The notes beneath the pieces are model-generated. The model was not told the DNA's origin and did no database searches. It saw only the letters and a list, made by a program, of their open reading frames with translations. A DNA stretch of 64,000 nucleotides, from the NCBI RefSeq assembly GCF_036971445.1, contig NC_091471.1, positions 234,298,001 through 234,362,000 on the forward strand, given 5' to 3'. The position numbers and the translations under genes were made by a program. Below are positions 63,820 to 64,000 of the stretch, one piece after another (the first letter of the stretch is position 1; each line of letters starts with the position of its first letter). Source of the stretch: Narcine bancroftii. Lineage: Eukaryota.

Positions 63820-64000
63820 TTCCCGGGATAATTCGGAGCCCGTTCCCCGGGCTAATTCAGAGCCCCTTTCCCGGGCTAATTCAGAGCCCCTTCCCCGGGC
63901 TAATTCAGAGCCCCTTCCCCGGGCTAATTCAGAGCCCCTTCCCCGGGCTAATTCAGAGCCCCTTCCCCGGGCTAATTCAGAGCCCATTCCCCGGGCTAAT
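63820..64000. repeat. 24-bp tandem repeat running off the window edge
   Basis: (CCCCGGGCTAATTCAGAGCCCCTT)n, about 7.5 nearly perfect copies. Confidence 0.92.

Overview
Vertebrate genomic DNA, most likely a cartilaginous fish; this is inferred from the HE1/V-type SINEs, dense CR1 LINEs and fish-type L1 elements. The window is GC-rich and repeat-rich. Four spliced genes can be rebuilt from exons with canonical GT-AG boundaries and matching phases: (1) ECSIT on the minus strand (putative non-coding exon 1 at about 18.1 kb, six coding exons down to 171, last exon off the left edge); (2) the last two exons of CYTH2/ARNO (minus, 29.1-33.5 kb); (3) the last seven exons of a rather divergent folliculin (FLCN or an FLCN paralog; plus, 40.7-44.8 kb); (4) the first two exons of a tectonic-family ciliary gene (plus, 54.5-54.9 kb) with a CpG-island promoter carrying X-box-like, CRE and CLEAR-like motifs. 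CYTH2 and FLCN both lack their 5' halves at a 200-N scaffold gap. Mobile elements include a very young gamma-like (class I) endogenous retrovirus at 55641-62477. It has a 5-bp TSD, near-identical LTRs, a tRNA-Pro PBS, a predicted gag-pol readthrough pseudoknot and an env cut down to a 110-aa secreted-type peptide. Also present are one full-length and three other L1 elements with TSDs, solo LTRs, many CR1 fragments, SINEs, MITEs and many intron-specific minisatellites. Most long ORFs in the supplied track are low-complexity artefacts.
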